DNA from: Paraspadella gotoi
Taxonomy: Eukaryota; Animalia; Chaetognatha
Assembly: GCA_051294375.1 (NCBI GenBank)
Contig: CM119264.1
Coordinates: 22,717,826 to 22,781,825 of the forward strand
DNA length: 64,000 nt
Direction of reading: 5' to 3'
Shown here: piece by piece, positions 24,601 to 37,200 of the stretch
Layout: each line of letters begins with the position of its first letter
Numbering within the stretch: the first letter of the stretch is position 1
Made by a program: the position numbers and the translations under genes
The notes under the pieces: model-generated
Seen by the model: the letters and a program-made list of their open reading frames with translations, nothing else
What the model was told of the DNA's origin: nothing
Database searches by the model: none

Positions 24601-26651
24601 CTCAAACGAAGCTTAGAAAATCAAAACCAAAGGAGGAGAAGAGAAATGCTGTGCGTCGAGAGTATTCTTGGAATCCTTGATAAAGAAGGCTAGTTGTCTT
24701 TTAAGATCATCGAACATATTTCCTTTGGAGACCAAACCTGGATTCGCTATCCGGACCTTACCGGTTTGGACGATGGGATGATACGAGTATGTTAGTCGGG
24801 TATTCACCAAGTTGTGGCTCAAAACAACTGCTGCTCACGTATGACAGAGAGAAACGTAATTTTTTGGGAAATAGATAAATAACATATAATATATTGGTTG
24901 TACAATTTCATTAGAATGAAAATTGCAGCGAATTACTTTGTTTCACTATTTTCATATTTTTAGTATTTATGAAGGATTTCAGTATTAATCTTCATGTTTA
25001 ATGCAAACATATATTGCTTTGCTTTCTTAAAAATGTTTTTATTTATTCTTAATAATTCAATTGGGAAGGTGGAAGTGGCAGTGTTGTCTTCTGGAAATAG
25101 AGCGGCGAGCATCATATACAACACAAAGGTTAGGATTTTCTATCTGCTCCTAGTTTTTCTAATAGAGATCACACATGCATTTCTGTTTAGAAAGTCATTA
25201 ATGAAAAAATCATAATATCTAGAGAGGCCGAACAGGAAAGGGTGGGAATGTGATAATTCTTTTAGGGGTGACCAAAGTTATTATATGATTTTTTGTTACC
25301 AATAGGGATTTAAGATACCATTGTAGAGATTGTATGTCTGATAGGGATTACATACCGGGAAAGGTCCGTATAGTGGGCCACGCTTTATGTCATCTGAATG
25401 ATAATTTTAAAATTATATTTTTTCTTTATTCTACCTTTTTTAATTCATTTCTATATGTTGAATATTTTTTCAGTCATTTTATTTTTATTACAATGGGAAG
25501 GTCCATTCAGTTGGGGAACCGGCTATATACCCTTCTGGATTTTCGGCTTCTTTAATCCCAATATCCAGCGTATACGTGCGACCATCGACCAAATGGGTTG
25601 ATCCGGTCATTGTGCTTTATCTTCACTTATTTTAAATGATATATCTTGAATGTTTATGCTGAAACAGACCAAAGCCCCTGGCATAGACAGCAGTATTAAA
25701 TTTAGAGAAGATTTTCAATTTCAGGTTTCTGTAATAATTTGGAATTTGCTAATAAATTAAAAAGGAAGTTAAATAATTATGTTTAATTAATTATGTTAAT
25801 AACTTAAGCGGTATGTTAATGTTAAAGTCTAACCAAATTACAGTTACATGCGTTGTAAGTTAATAGAATGTAATAATACAAAATTGCGCACCGGGGGTGT
25901 CGTCTACAGATCTAATTCTCCAATTTTCAAGTGTTATTACTTATATCCAAAGTTGATTAATTTTTTCCCTAATCTTCCACGACGACGATCTTTTCGTCCC
26001 TCCTCGTCAACGGGAGTAGGCATCATTAATGAGCTTCCAGAAGCTGAAAAGTTAAGAACATGAGCTTTTCTTCGTTCGACAGAAGGACGGCCCCGTGGCG
26101 TCTTCGTCGGGTGTTCCCATAAATCTGAATTAGGAAGCGAGAACAACACGAATTGCGAATTTTTAATTTTGAAACGCAGGCGGAAGAAAGGTAGTATAAC
26201 GTTTACTGGCGGTCAAAAACAAATGTAGTCAATTTAATGTGATTTTGTTTGATAAAATGTTTAAACGTTTGACATGAATTTATTCGCGGATTCGATTGGC
26301 CCTGACTTACTTAGAAAATATTTATTTTCCTTGCACGTCTTAACGAGTGCTTTATGCAAATGAGTCTCAGCAACTTTAAATTATTAAAAAAAAAAATAAA
26401 GACAAAACTCGCGAAGCAAAAAAGGTTTTCTGCGAAACCGACCAAACTCTTTCTCTTTTTCTCCATGTATACTTTCCTTTTTTTTCTATTTCTCTTTTTT
26501 CTTTTATTTTTCCTTTCTCTTACTTCTTTCTTCCCCCTTGATCCTGCATTAGTCGCCCAGAGAACAGAAAGCGATGTAACGGCTTGAAAAGCTTTCCGTC
26601 TTGGTTGTTTGTCTCAAAGGCCACGTTGTTAGCACTTTCTCTCTCTCTTCT

Positions 26652-26725
<74 letters not shown>

Positions 26726-27897
26726 CTCTCTCTGGACAGGTAAGTAATATAATTTTTATAGTTTTATAGTTATAATACCAGTTTATAATTTTTTTTTTTT
26801 TAGTATCTACAAGAACACAAAGATGAATGAAAATTAAATATTAAATTTTCCACAATTTGTTTCAATCTGTAAAATGCGCCGCCGATAAGAAATTGGTTAA
26901 AGGATTCGCCCGCTGGCTAAAAAGGTCAGTAAATCTTGGCCACCTTTTTCAAAAGCTGTCTTCATTTTCCGCGAAATAATTAATCTAGATCTGTACTCTA
27001 TGAAAAATCCCCACCGAACACAATCTAATGACTAGATTATTCGAATAATGCTTGATTTCTTCGCCAACTTTCATAATATCATCTATTAATTTCTTCTGTC
27101 CACTTTCAACCCTTTCTGCTTTTTGTTTATTTGTACTCGGATCGATCTTAATTCATTAAATAAAAAAAAAAAAAAACATTCCTCGAGCGCTTGCCTTTGT
27201 TTTTCCATCTTAGTGCTTTTGAGGTTTAAAACTGTCTCTTTTCTCGTTAATATAATCTATACATTTTTGTTAAGTATTAGTCTTATTTCTTTCTTCCTCG
27301 TCTGAAATTTTACTCATCTCTCTTTGACAATCTGCATTCCATCAAGCACTAATAAAATATATAGAAAAACAACAAAATGATAATTAAGCATCTGCAACGT
27401 ATGTTTTTCTCCTTTTTTGAGTACTAGATAAGATAACATTACCCAAAAAGAACACAATTTAACTCTCAAAAATAGAAGCTAATAATTCCGAATAGTCTTC
27501 TTTGACCGTCGTAGTGGGCGACCGACAGGAAAAGAAAAAGGCCGTTAAGCAGAAGAATCAGATGATAAGTGTAGGATAATTATGTGTAACTTTATTTTTT
27601 ATTTTAATTAAATGTTACCAAAATCTTTCATAATTATAGGTTTTTTTATGCTTGATATTTTAGTAGTTTAAATTCTGGCGATTAAGCAGTTTACGGTAAT
27701 TATGGTCTTTATGATAGTTATCGGTTAGTCTGTCGGTAGTAGTGGTGTTGNNNNNNNNNNNNNNNNNNNNNNNNNAATACTCAATTCTGAAGCTTTGAAT
27801 TTTTATTCATTAATTTTACTTTAAAATTATGAATTTCTTTTTAATATAATTAAAAAATAATACTGTGATAATAGGGTTTGGTAAATTACTAGAGTTT

Positions 27898-28022
27898 TTT
27901 ATCAGTGCAATTAAAAGTTTGGGAGACATGGTTTTGAAAAGGAAACCATTCATCTCTCTTCACTTCTCTCCTCTTCTTTTCTCTCAAACCATGTCTCCAA
28001 AAATTTAATTTACGCTGATAAA
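27898..28022. mobile_element. Small MITE-like hairpin with ~36-bp imperfect inverted arms
   Basis: TTTATCAGTGCAATTAAAAGTTTGGGAGACATGGTTT vs AAACCATGTCTCCAAAAATTTAATTTACGCTGATAAA. Confidence 0.6.
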
Positions 28023-28364
28023 GATATGACTTCGTCGAACATGTCCATAATTTACTATTTACATTAAATTGCCAAACAAACCAAAGACTTTTACTTATTC
28101 TGAATTAAATGTTTGCAAATTTAAAATTAGTGATTACCAAAAAAATCAGAAAAAATTTTTTTAAGCAAAATTTAAAAAAAAAAACCTTTTTTTGAGGTAT
28201 TATGTTCGTTTCAGGCTAAGAAAGAAAAAAATATTAAAGACATCATTAATTGCACTTTAAATGGGTAAAAAAAGAATAAAAACTAATTAATTATTGTTTA
28301 TTTCAGTTGATAATAATAAACTACAAAAATTATTGGAAATCTAAAAAAAAGCTAAAAAAATTGT

Positions 28365-28605
28365 CATTCAGGGCCTGGTAGTCAAGCGATATCGAGGTTT
28401 GCGACGTTTTTGACCTTACCATCAGATTCTACCCCATATTGGTATAGTTAGCTGTCCCAACAGTAAAAATGCTAGCTTATATTTTTTTTGAAAAGGTTTT
28501 AACTTCCCTACCACACACAAAATTTCATTCCAATCAATCCATCCAATCACGAGAATTGGTGTTTTTTGCAAGGTGGGATGGACGGACGGACGGACATCGG
28601 TTTTT
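28365..28605 (+). repeat. Possible Helentron/DINE-1-like non-autonomous fragment
   Basis: CACACAAAATTTCAT...AATC followed by a (GGAC)n microsatellite, a layout typical of such elements. Single copy here. Confidence 0.35.
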
Positions 28606-28899
28606 TTTTTTTTTTTGCATAAATTATCATAATTCGATGTCTGATGACATGATATAAGTGAATGCCCGATAAGATTGAGGGGGCGAACCGACCGAATTTG
28701 AGGCCTTATTCATTTGCCAACATAAAATGCATCATTGGAATCCAAAATATTAGTGACCAAATAACAAGGATATATAAGAAAAGCAGCTGAATATCAACAT
28801 ATATTCACAAAATTAAGGAATAAATAAGAACAGCAAAATTTTGACAGAAATAAGTACAAAAATGAAAAAAAGGCAGACAAGTTTTTCCAAACCCCCGAG

Positions 28900-31800
28900 T
28901 TAATTTGCGCTCCATTGACTATTCAGAATGTTTGTTCCTTGAAAAGGCAAGGGAGAAACAATGTTGTGCGAATTTATGTTGCCTCGATTTAATGTAGTTC
29001 CATAAATAGAATGATTTTGAGTCGAATCATTCATTCCATTATTAAATGTATTGAATACATTGTGGTTATGAACAACGTTTAAACTATGATGCCCGGATGG
29101 AGTAAGAGGGGACATGAGTCCGTTTCCTGGTGGCATTGGAGACGTTATACTACTCTCACAATATGTTGAAGGAGATGAAGTGACATCACCATGAAGGCTG
29201 TCGCTTTGAGGAGACTTATATCCATTCATCATCGAACTAACGTAATTTCGTGATGACACAATCATTGTTGGTAGATTTTTCAGATTTTGAAGTTGCATCT
29301 CAAGTGAATGGCCATACTCTTTTAGGTTCATATTATCTTTTTCGAGCTTTTCCTGGCTCTGAGATAATTTGCCTATTTCTGCTTTCAGAGACGTTTGTGT
29401 TCTCTGTAAAAATGAGTTTGCCTCTCTTTCGCGCTTCAGCAAATCATTTCTTGACTTTTGCTTCTCAATGAAACAACTGAGTATTTCATTGAGATCCTCG
29501 TTTAAGAGATCATACGTATTAGAGATTTTAAAATTGGATGGAATGGTTATTGTTGGTAATTGAGAAAACTGCGACTCTGCTTTAATCGAATCCATTGCTC
29601 CTAAATAAAAAGAACACAAAAATAAACATTTGTTTAGGAATTATTTTCTAAAAAAATTGAAATTAACTCACCGTGCCCTTGCAGAATTGCTGGCTCAAGT
29701 TTGATATCCTCTCGACTATTGATGCAGGGTTCTTGTTTTATCTGCAGAGACCCATTTGCTGCTTCATGTAGTTGAGAACTTAAACTGGGTGAGATTTGAT
29801 CTAGCTTGCATGATTGTAAATCATTTAAATAATCGTGAGAGATATTAAAGTCATCAGGCAAATCTAGTTTGGTCATGTCAAAATCACTTCTTTCATTCTC
29901 GAGACTCATTTCAAAAGTTGCATTTTGGTTTGGAAATGTAGGGGTTTGTGACGTATGGTCGTACGGTAAAATACTACCGAGTAGTGCGTCTTTAGAATGA
30001 GTTACAGAGGGCGACAATTCACTTGGCATGGACGTAGTTTGGCTTTTTGAATTAATTTGGTTTAATTGAAAACTAAAATTATTGGAGGACGCATCAGGTG
30101 TAAGGGTAGTTCTACTCGGAGAGTTCCAAGAATAATCTTCTGTAGTTGCGTTTGAAGAATCCGTATGGAGATTATCTTTTAATGAGGAACACGTGTATGA
30201 TGTGCCTTGAAGTCCTATTTCTGTTGTTATTTCGTTAGATCGAGAAACGGACGTAAAAGGAATTAAATTTCCGCAAGCATTTTCGTTCTCTGTATTTGAC
30301 GGATCGTCATTTTCACATGGTTTGGGTCTGACGCCATTTCTTTCGGCTTGAAACTTGTCAAACCCATTCATAAGTTTCAATAAATGACCTCTACCTAATA
30401 AGTGTTCTTTCTTGTTGTGAGAAGTCGAAAATATTTGATTGCAGATTAAACAGTTGAGCGTTTCCTGTTCTCGAATAAGATAATCATCGATGGAATCCAC
30501 AGGTTGTCCATCAGTTTTTCTGGATAAAATTATAATTGCAATTAAATTTTAGTTTTTTTATCTATTACATGGTGACAATTTTAAACCCGCCGCTAAAAAA
30601 ATGTTGCCATTTGCAAACCAGTGCTTATTTCATTAATTTTAAAAATTAATTAATAAAAAATTATGTTATTTATGTATATAAATTTTATATTGATCTGTTA
30701 AGATATATTTTGACAATGAGTGAAGAAAGTTGGTTTTAAAAATGGGCTTTCATTTTTTAATTTATTTTTTAAATTAATTTTCAATTAAAAAATTTAAATT
30801 GAATTATCCAAAATTTTTAATTTATTTTTTAAAATATAATTTGTTTAAATTATTATATTTTAAAAAACTATTTATAGGGTATTATAAAAAGATTATAAAA
30901 GTTTTTAAGTTAAAAATTAATATAAAAAATATTTAAAAAAATAATTTTAAATTTATTTTCCTGTATAATTATTAAAACATTTTAAAATGATTAATAAAAA
31001 ATTTGTATTTATAAATAGTTTTTACTTTTTAGATAAAAGTTTTGTATTGTTTAAAAACAATAGTAAAAAGTAGAATAAAATGAGTACATATTTTTATTTT
31101 AAATTAGTATTTAACATTAAAAAATCTTTACAGGTTTGCAAATGAGTATCTTTTTTAAGTGGTGGATTTAAAATTGTCACCAGGTACGTATGCTTGATGC
31201 CCGTTTCAGTTTGGTGAGCACTATTTCACTATGGCCGCACCCGAAAATTTTGCCCGATTTTATTAACAGAAGATTGAAAAATTGTCAGGCGTATCTTTTT
31301 GAAATGCGGACGCAAACTTACCCTTTCAGGAAATCTAAGTAAGGTTCAGAGCGTAAGAAGTCGGCTAATTCGCGCAAATATCTCTGCTTATCTTCTTCGG
31401 CTTTGTTCTCGAATGTTTGTTTTAATTGAGATTTCTTTGGAAGGCTCGACCATTCAGTTCCAATTTGCCGTACGATTTCATTGGTGATTTTTATCTAAAC
31501 ATCAACAGAAATTTTACAATTAGTTTTACAAATTTTTAAAATTATATTAAGTTATGTCGTCGACGTATCTTACCGGTCTGCCCTGTTCTTCAGTGAGCTC
31601 ATTCTTTCGATGGTATAAAAAGATTTGGTAAGCGCTTCTTGGAGCTTTTGGAGCATTTTTGAAGTCTAATTCTGTTGCATCTCTCCTACAAGAAATTAAT
31701 ATAAATATTCAAAATTTTATTAAATTTTTATTACACTTTTTTTGCAAACGGTATAAAAAATAAAAAAATAAATTTAACAGCTTTCATATATGTTTTTAAA

Positions 31801-33486
31801 ATTGTAGATAAATTTGAAAACTGGAAGTGACTTTTTATAATAAGATTCTAAATCTCGTTTGTTCCAAGTGATATCTTCATGGTATGGTGGACTAAAATCC
31901 ACCAACCGTTGCATCAGCGTTTATCAATAATTACTGTCTCTTCATTGGTGAGCCCGACTTCCGAACACAACAGCAACAACAACACTTTCAGGCGACCATG
32001 CCTCAACCTGGCGATTGCACTTTCCGCCCACAAACACATCAGGCGACATGCCTCAACTTGGTGACGCACTTTCACCAACAACAACATTCACTGAGAGACG
32101 AAACAGACATCTTCCTATGGGAGGGGGGGATGTATGGTGGACTAAAACCCACCAACCGTTCATCAGCGGCCATTGGTGCGGAGGCGAGTCATTCGCCTCC
32201 CAACCCAAAGGTCCGGGGTTCTAGCCCGGTGGTCGTCTGGCAGTTAAGAGGACGGGGCGCTTAACCCGCCTGTACATGGTGTTACGCCTGATCCGGAAGC
32301 TCAGGGACTGCTTATATTGAACGGTTCTGTCATTAACATATATCAATAATCACTGTCTGCTTATTGGTGAGCCCGACTTCGAACACAACAGCAACAACAA
32401 CACTTTCAGGCGTACATGTTATTATTATTATATATTATTATATATATATACCTAATTTGATACATAATTGGTGTAATTTCTTTCGTTCGTGTTATTGATA
32501 AGTTTTAGATGCAAAGTTTTTAATTGCTTAAAAACCAATGGTAAATGTTGAAACAACAATTTGGACTTGTTTCGGCTCTAAAAATAATTGATATACACAA
32601 TTACACACAATTACCATGTATATTTTTTAGAATGTAATTAGCCACACTTCTCTTTAATAAGATATTTATTTTTCTTTTTGTTTCCTTACGATATGTATTA
32701 TAATTTTGTAAAATTTAATTATACTTACTTATTGATTTTACGTAATGGGAGTGTCCCTGTAGCCGTTGTGTGGTGGATTTCCTTCTTCATCTTTTTTGAA
32801 GTTTTATGTTGGGAGTCATGAAGTTGTGATAATGATTTTTTATGAAAACCCTGCTCATTTTCCTCAAGTAATTCAAAAGGTATCATCGAATCTTGTACGG
32901 GAAACGATGCATTCTTCTTCAAATTTAGGTTGTCAGCAGTATCAGAAGAAAAACTTTGTATTGCAGTTTGGTTTAGAGGCACTTGATTGGAAGGCACCTA
33001 TATTTTAACAAATATGATTAATTAGCGTTTTTTTAATAGGTCACGAAACCACAAAAAACTACAAAACCAGGGATTTCTCTCTCTCTCTCCTCAAAAAAAG
33101 CAAAATATTCTTAATCTCCCCAATCTAATTAATTTGCTTAATTTGTCATCTTTATGGGTTTTTTCAAACATTTTAAATTTTAATTGCCGTTATAGACTTT
33201 TATTACATAGAATTGTGCATTTTGTTAATGTTTTCCTTATNNNNNNNNNNTGTCTCTTCAAAAGTAAAACTACTTTAATTCTTCTTAACCAGATCCTTCA
33301 TAAAAGTATATTTTTGTTTCATACCTGATTTATACTATTGTACTCCAGTGGTGGCGGTGTGTCCGATTCGGGAATGTGTATCAAGGTCTTGTCAAGAAGC
33401 AAGCCAGTGTTTTGGGATAATTCAATAACGGGGGAAGACAAAGGGCGCATTTTCATTTGATGGCAAAGAATCTTAACTCCCTCCAT
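28900..33486 (-). CDS. HMG20-like HMG-box protein with matrin/U1-type C2H2 zinc finger and coiled coil, multi-exon
   Basis: Exons ~31574-31687 and ~31322-31494 splice to the HMG box NAPKAPRSAYQIFL...ITNEIVRQIGTEWSSLP...AEEDKQRYLRELADFLRSEPY. Then CLICNQIFSTSHNKKEHLLGRGH (30385-30455) and a C-terminal coiled coil (29280-29480). First exon 33325-33486 joins 32997 in frame. Confidence 0.8.
30568..31184. mobile_element. Tc1/mariner-type MITE with ~52-bp TIRs and TA target duplication
   Basis: TA|CATGGTGACAATTTTAAA...TTTGCAAACC and GGTTTGCAAA...TTTAAAATTGTCACCAGG|TA around a very AT-rich interior. Confidence 0.85.
31883..32418 (+). mobile_element. Tandem pair of the tRNA-like/twister repeat (copy 3 internally deleted, copy 4 full) with a shared 3' extension
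   Basis: Units start at 31883 and 32133 (TATGGTGGACTAAAA). Copy 4 has the tRNA module from 32166 and the twister fold at 32240-32311. Both continue TTGGTGAGCCCGACTT...CAACAACACTTTCAGGCG. Confidence 0.85.
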
Positions 33487-34255
33487 TTTTTGGAAGTTAA
33501 ACTATATCACAACAGATGATTAAGGCACACATTGCCGTCGTTGATTTTTATGATGGAATGACAGGTTATGATATTCGACATTGATATTGCTTTCTGGATA
33601 CAACTTAAAAAAATAGGAAGATGATTTTTGCATGTAAATATATATATTTTGGAATATATATTTTGCACATGCAATTCAAAATCTCACTCCGATGCGTCAA
33701 TTTTTTGGTTAAATTTGGATCAATTTTGATTAAGGCATTTTTAAAGAATGAATTGAAATCTTCTGTGTTTACAGTTCAAGTTGTTTTGAGTGCGGAAACT
33801 GTGATGCTCGAATTGCTCGAATTCTAAGATTCGTCACAAATGCTTTAGAAAATAGTTTTTTTTCTTAAAATAGCTAATTAAGTTGTTATTAGATTACAAT
33901 TGTTAAAAATGGTTGACAAATCTTTTTAATAAGAAGACAAGATATACAGTAGTAGTTATTATTTCCCCGCTCAAAAACTCGTTAAAATCGAAATCAGCTG
34001 CTTTTCTAACAAAAGACGGAGCAGGATTTTGTGATATAGCTCCGAGGTTAGCCTCGTTTTAGAATCTCATCGTTGGTTCAACCGCGCTCGCTTGGTTCGG
34101 TTTACCGGCATCATGGAATCCGTTTCTTGTCCATTCAAATGAATCGTTCTTCACTGTAAATTTTAGGAAAGACTAAGTGAATATGCTATAAGCTCTTTAA
34201 AATAGCGTCCTTTTATCGGTGCTCCTGATATCGGCCCAGACCAGGTGTTTGAAAT
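33487..34255. promoter_or_regulatory. Putative bidirectional promoter between the HMG20-like gene and Top2
   Basis: Divergent ATGs are ~770 bp apart, with a locally CpG-richer patch at 34010-34120. Confidence 0.5.
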
Positions 34256-37200
34256 ATGGCTTCCATAAAAGATTGGATTGCTAATGGAAAGAAGAACGGG
34301 GTCTCTGAACAGGTAACCAGTTAAAGATTTAGGTATCCCAAACTACTAATGTAAAAATAAAAAATCTAATTTATTTTGAGTATTTTTTTTCTGGAAAAGA
34401 AAGGAAAGACAACAATTTAATAGTATTAGAATACTGACGTAGTAATATTCTTATTAAGGTACAGCTGTACTTTTTGAAATTTTTGAAAGTAATTTATCAC
34501 AATATTTTTTTTCAAGGATGATTTAAACATATCTTCCGATTCTGATGATGATCTCCCTAAACCGAAAGTGAAATCTATGGATGGCTCCAAAGCCAACAAG
34601 CGACTATCAGTCGAGAGAATATATCAGAAGAAATCACAACTGGAACATATTCTTCTCAGGTAAAACATATGATTTAGTTTGGCATAAAAATATTTTAAAC
34701 TAAAGTTTTTTATTTGAATTTCTCACATTTATATGAAATTTGTACAACCGATATATAATTTTTATAATTTTATATTGGTTGTACCAATTTCATATTATAA
34801 TATATACAGAAGGCTTTATATTTATAAAATGAGGTACCCCTTTTTTGTGACCAGAACACGTTCCGAGAAAATTACCTGGACCAAATTCATTGAAATTTGG
34901 CATGAATTATCCGTATGTGAATACAAATAGAACTATCGAGACGAATTTAATATTTGACCCCTGAGCCGAGATATGAGCCCCCGGAGGTGTCACCGATAGG
35001 AGCAAAAATGGTCAAATTTTCTTTAATTTTTATTGTCGCAATCCTTAGCGTTTGCGTTTGCGGCGTTCCAAATTATAGATCGCCTTATGATTAAATTTGG
35101 GATTAAATTTTGGACAGTTATTAGGTATGTTTTGTTTGTTTTATCAAAACAAACAAATTTTCTCTTTTATTTTTATATTTTCTTTCTCTCTCTCTTTTCT
35201 CTTTTAATTATCGTCTCTCTCCCTCTCTCTTTTCCCTAGTCACTGATTCATAGAGATAAAAAACCGAGTCTGCTGCTGGCTCTGCAGGGCTTATTCTTTT
35301 CTCTTTTCTCCTGCTGCTTCTGCTGCTGACTTTTGAGTCTGCAGCTGGCTCTGCAGGGGCTCTCTCTTTTCTCCTGCTGCTTCTGCTGCTGCCTTTTGAT
35401 TTTCTTTCTTTTTCTCTCTCTCTCTCTCTCACGTGGTCACTTTCTATCGGCTATTGCCGAGCACACGGCATCATCAGGCCATCTGTTTAGAGAGACTGAC
35501 TGTCTTGTGCTGTCCCATGACTAAACTGGTTTTCAAGAGGTATTAGAGAGGCAATTTACATCAAAGCCCTCGAGCCCTCTCTGAACCGTGATGGAGGACG
35601 ATTCGAACTCCCACCAAGCTATTATTCGCTTATCAAAATGGTGGGTGAATGACCAGAACCACCCCAACCGCACAATGATTCCCCTGTCCCTACTCAACGG
35701 GCCAGGCGGAAGCCTCTCAGCAGGCAATGGACGTCCGATACCTCTCTCCAGCTTGTAGCAACTCGGTACGACTCTCCTCGCACCGAGCGTCGCCCAAAAC
35801 GATGGCTGCAGGAGGAGGTAGAGGAGTCTGTGTCTCCTGTAGCAAAACGGGCAAAAACAGGCAACCGCCTGCCTCACCGTCAGGTGAGAGGAGGGCTGTC
35901 GGCAGGCAGACCCCAGTATGTCGCACTCCACAGCTATATCCTCTCAACCTATGACAGACCAATGACCCGATCTTATCGTCAACGTCCTCCATTTGCCCAG
36001 CCGCGGGGGGCCAGCTCATTTTGAGCACTTTCTTTTACTTACTTTCACTAACTCTTTACTTACCTATCCCTCACCACTTATTCTTCAATTTCACTTCATT
36101 TTACTATTTTATTTTTCATTGTTGTTAATAGTACTAATACTTAGTTAATCTTTAAGTTTACTTATTTATTCTTATTTTCTCTGTTGTACATTGCTAAATG
36201 TATTAAATTTTATTTGTCTCTCTCTCTCTCTTTTCATTTTTCACAATCTTACTTCTCCTTCCCCTGTCCTTACCTTGAACTGTCCTTACATCTGACCACT
36301 ATCTCTTACTCAATTCTTTGTTGGAATCTCTCTCTCTCTCACTAACTCAACTTTCACAGAGAAAAACATGCCGAGTAAATCGATGTAAAAAGGAACCGTG
36401 AATAGGCTTCGAATATTACAACAATCAATCAATCATTCAATCAATCAAACCAAATAAGTAAAGATAAACAAAGACAAAACTTTTTTTTGAATGCAAAACA
36501 ATGTCAATACAACAGAAAATAGCATTAATTCTCATAATTCCCGCTACAAGGGCGCAAATCAGTCACAATCACCTTCTTAGCCGCGTAATCCGTCTTCCGG
36601 ACTCGGAGCGCGAAGTCCGCACGGGGTTTTTTCTTGGGTGCTTTTTTTCTCTTTGACGTTGGAAGCCTTCGGCGCGTTTCGGAGCTTGGGGCCCTTGGTC
36701 TTCACCTTGGGGGTATTGCGGCGCGCTTCTCTTGGCGGGTTTCGAGGAGCGCAATTCAGAATCCGAACGCGAGGATTCGTCCGAGAACCGCAAGGTCTTC
36801 TTCGCTTTGTTCTTCTCTGACAAGGAAGAGAAGGGAGGAAGTGGGAGAAGAAAGTTGATTGAGAATTAGCTACAGTATGTTAAACAAACATTCAAAGATC
36901 AACTGAAATAAAAGACTATTGAGAAAAAAAAAGTTACGTTACCTGGCCAAGGACGCGGCTATTAATGGCCGTAAACGGCAATCTAATAACTACTGGCGGA
37001 GTAATTTTTCTTGGGCGGCGTCGAAAAGAGCGTCCATATCTCTCTGCCTCTGTTGGGTCGTCTTTTCTTAGACTGCAACATCGTCGAGGTCGTTGCCGTC
37101 TTTCGTCGTCAGAAGAGTTCCCGGAAAAATGCAAAGCTTGGGCTTCTTCGTATTCATTTGAGACCCTTGGGAGGACCAGCTTTCGTTTTCTACGAAAGAA

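Noticed and set aside
24600-26150. Possible minus-strand exons (e.g. DDIKRGPLYGPFP, TYTLDIGIKEAENPEGY)
   Set aside because: I could not join them into a coherent frame or recognise a domain; RNA-seq is needed.
31870-31918. Minus-strand hammerhead built on the repeat's 5' hairpin (CTGATGA...stem...GAAG)
   Set aside because: It has GAAG rather than GAAA, no stem I, and the 3' half is not conserved among copies.
32088-32112. Hammerhead-like CTGAGAGACGAAAC in the tandem extension
   Set aside because: The core lacks the CUGANGA spacing, there is no stem II, and no matching stem I was found.
35533-36028. Minus-strand ORFs of 132 and 103 aa
   Set aside because: They are antisense to the Penelope-like fragment and its 3' region and show no recognisable motif.
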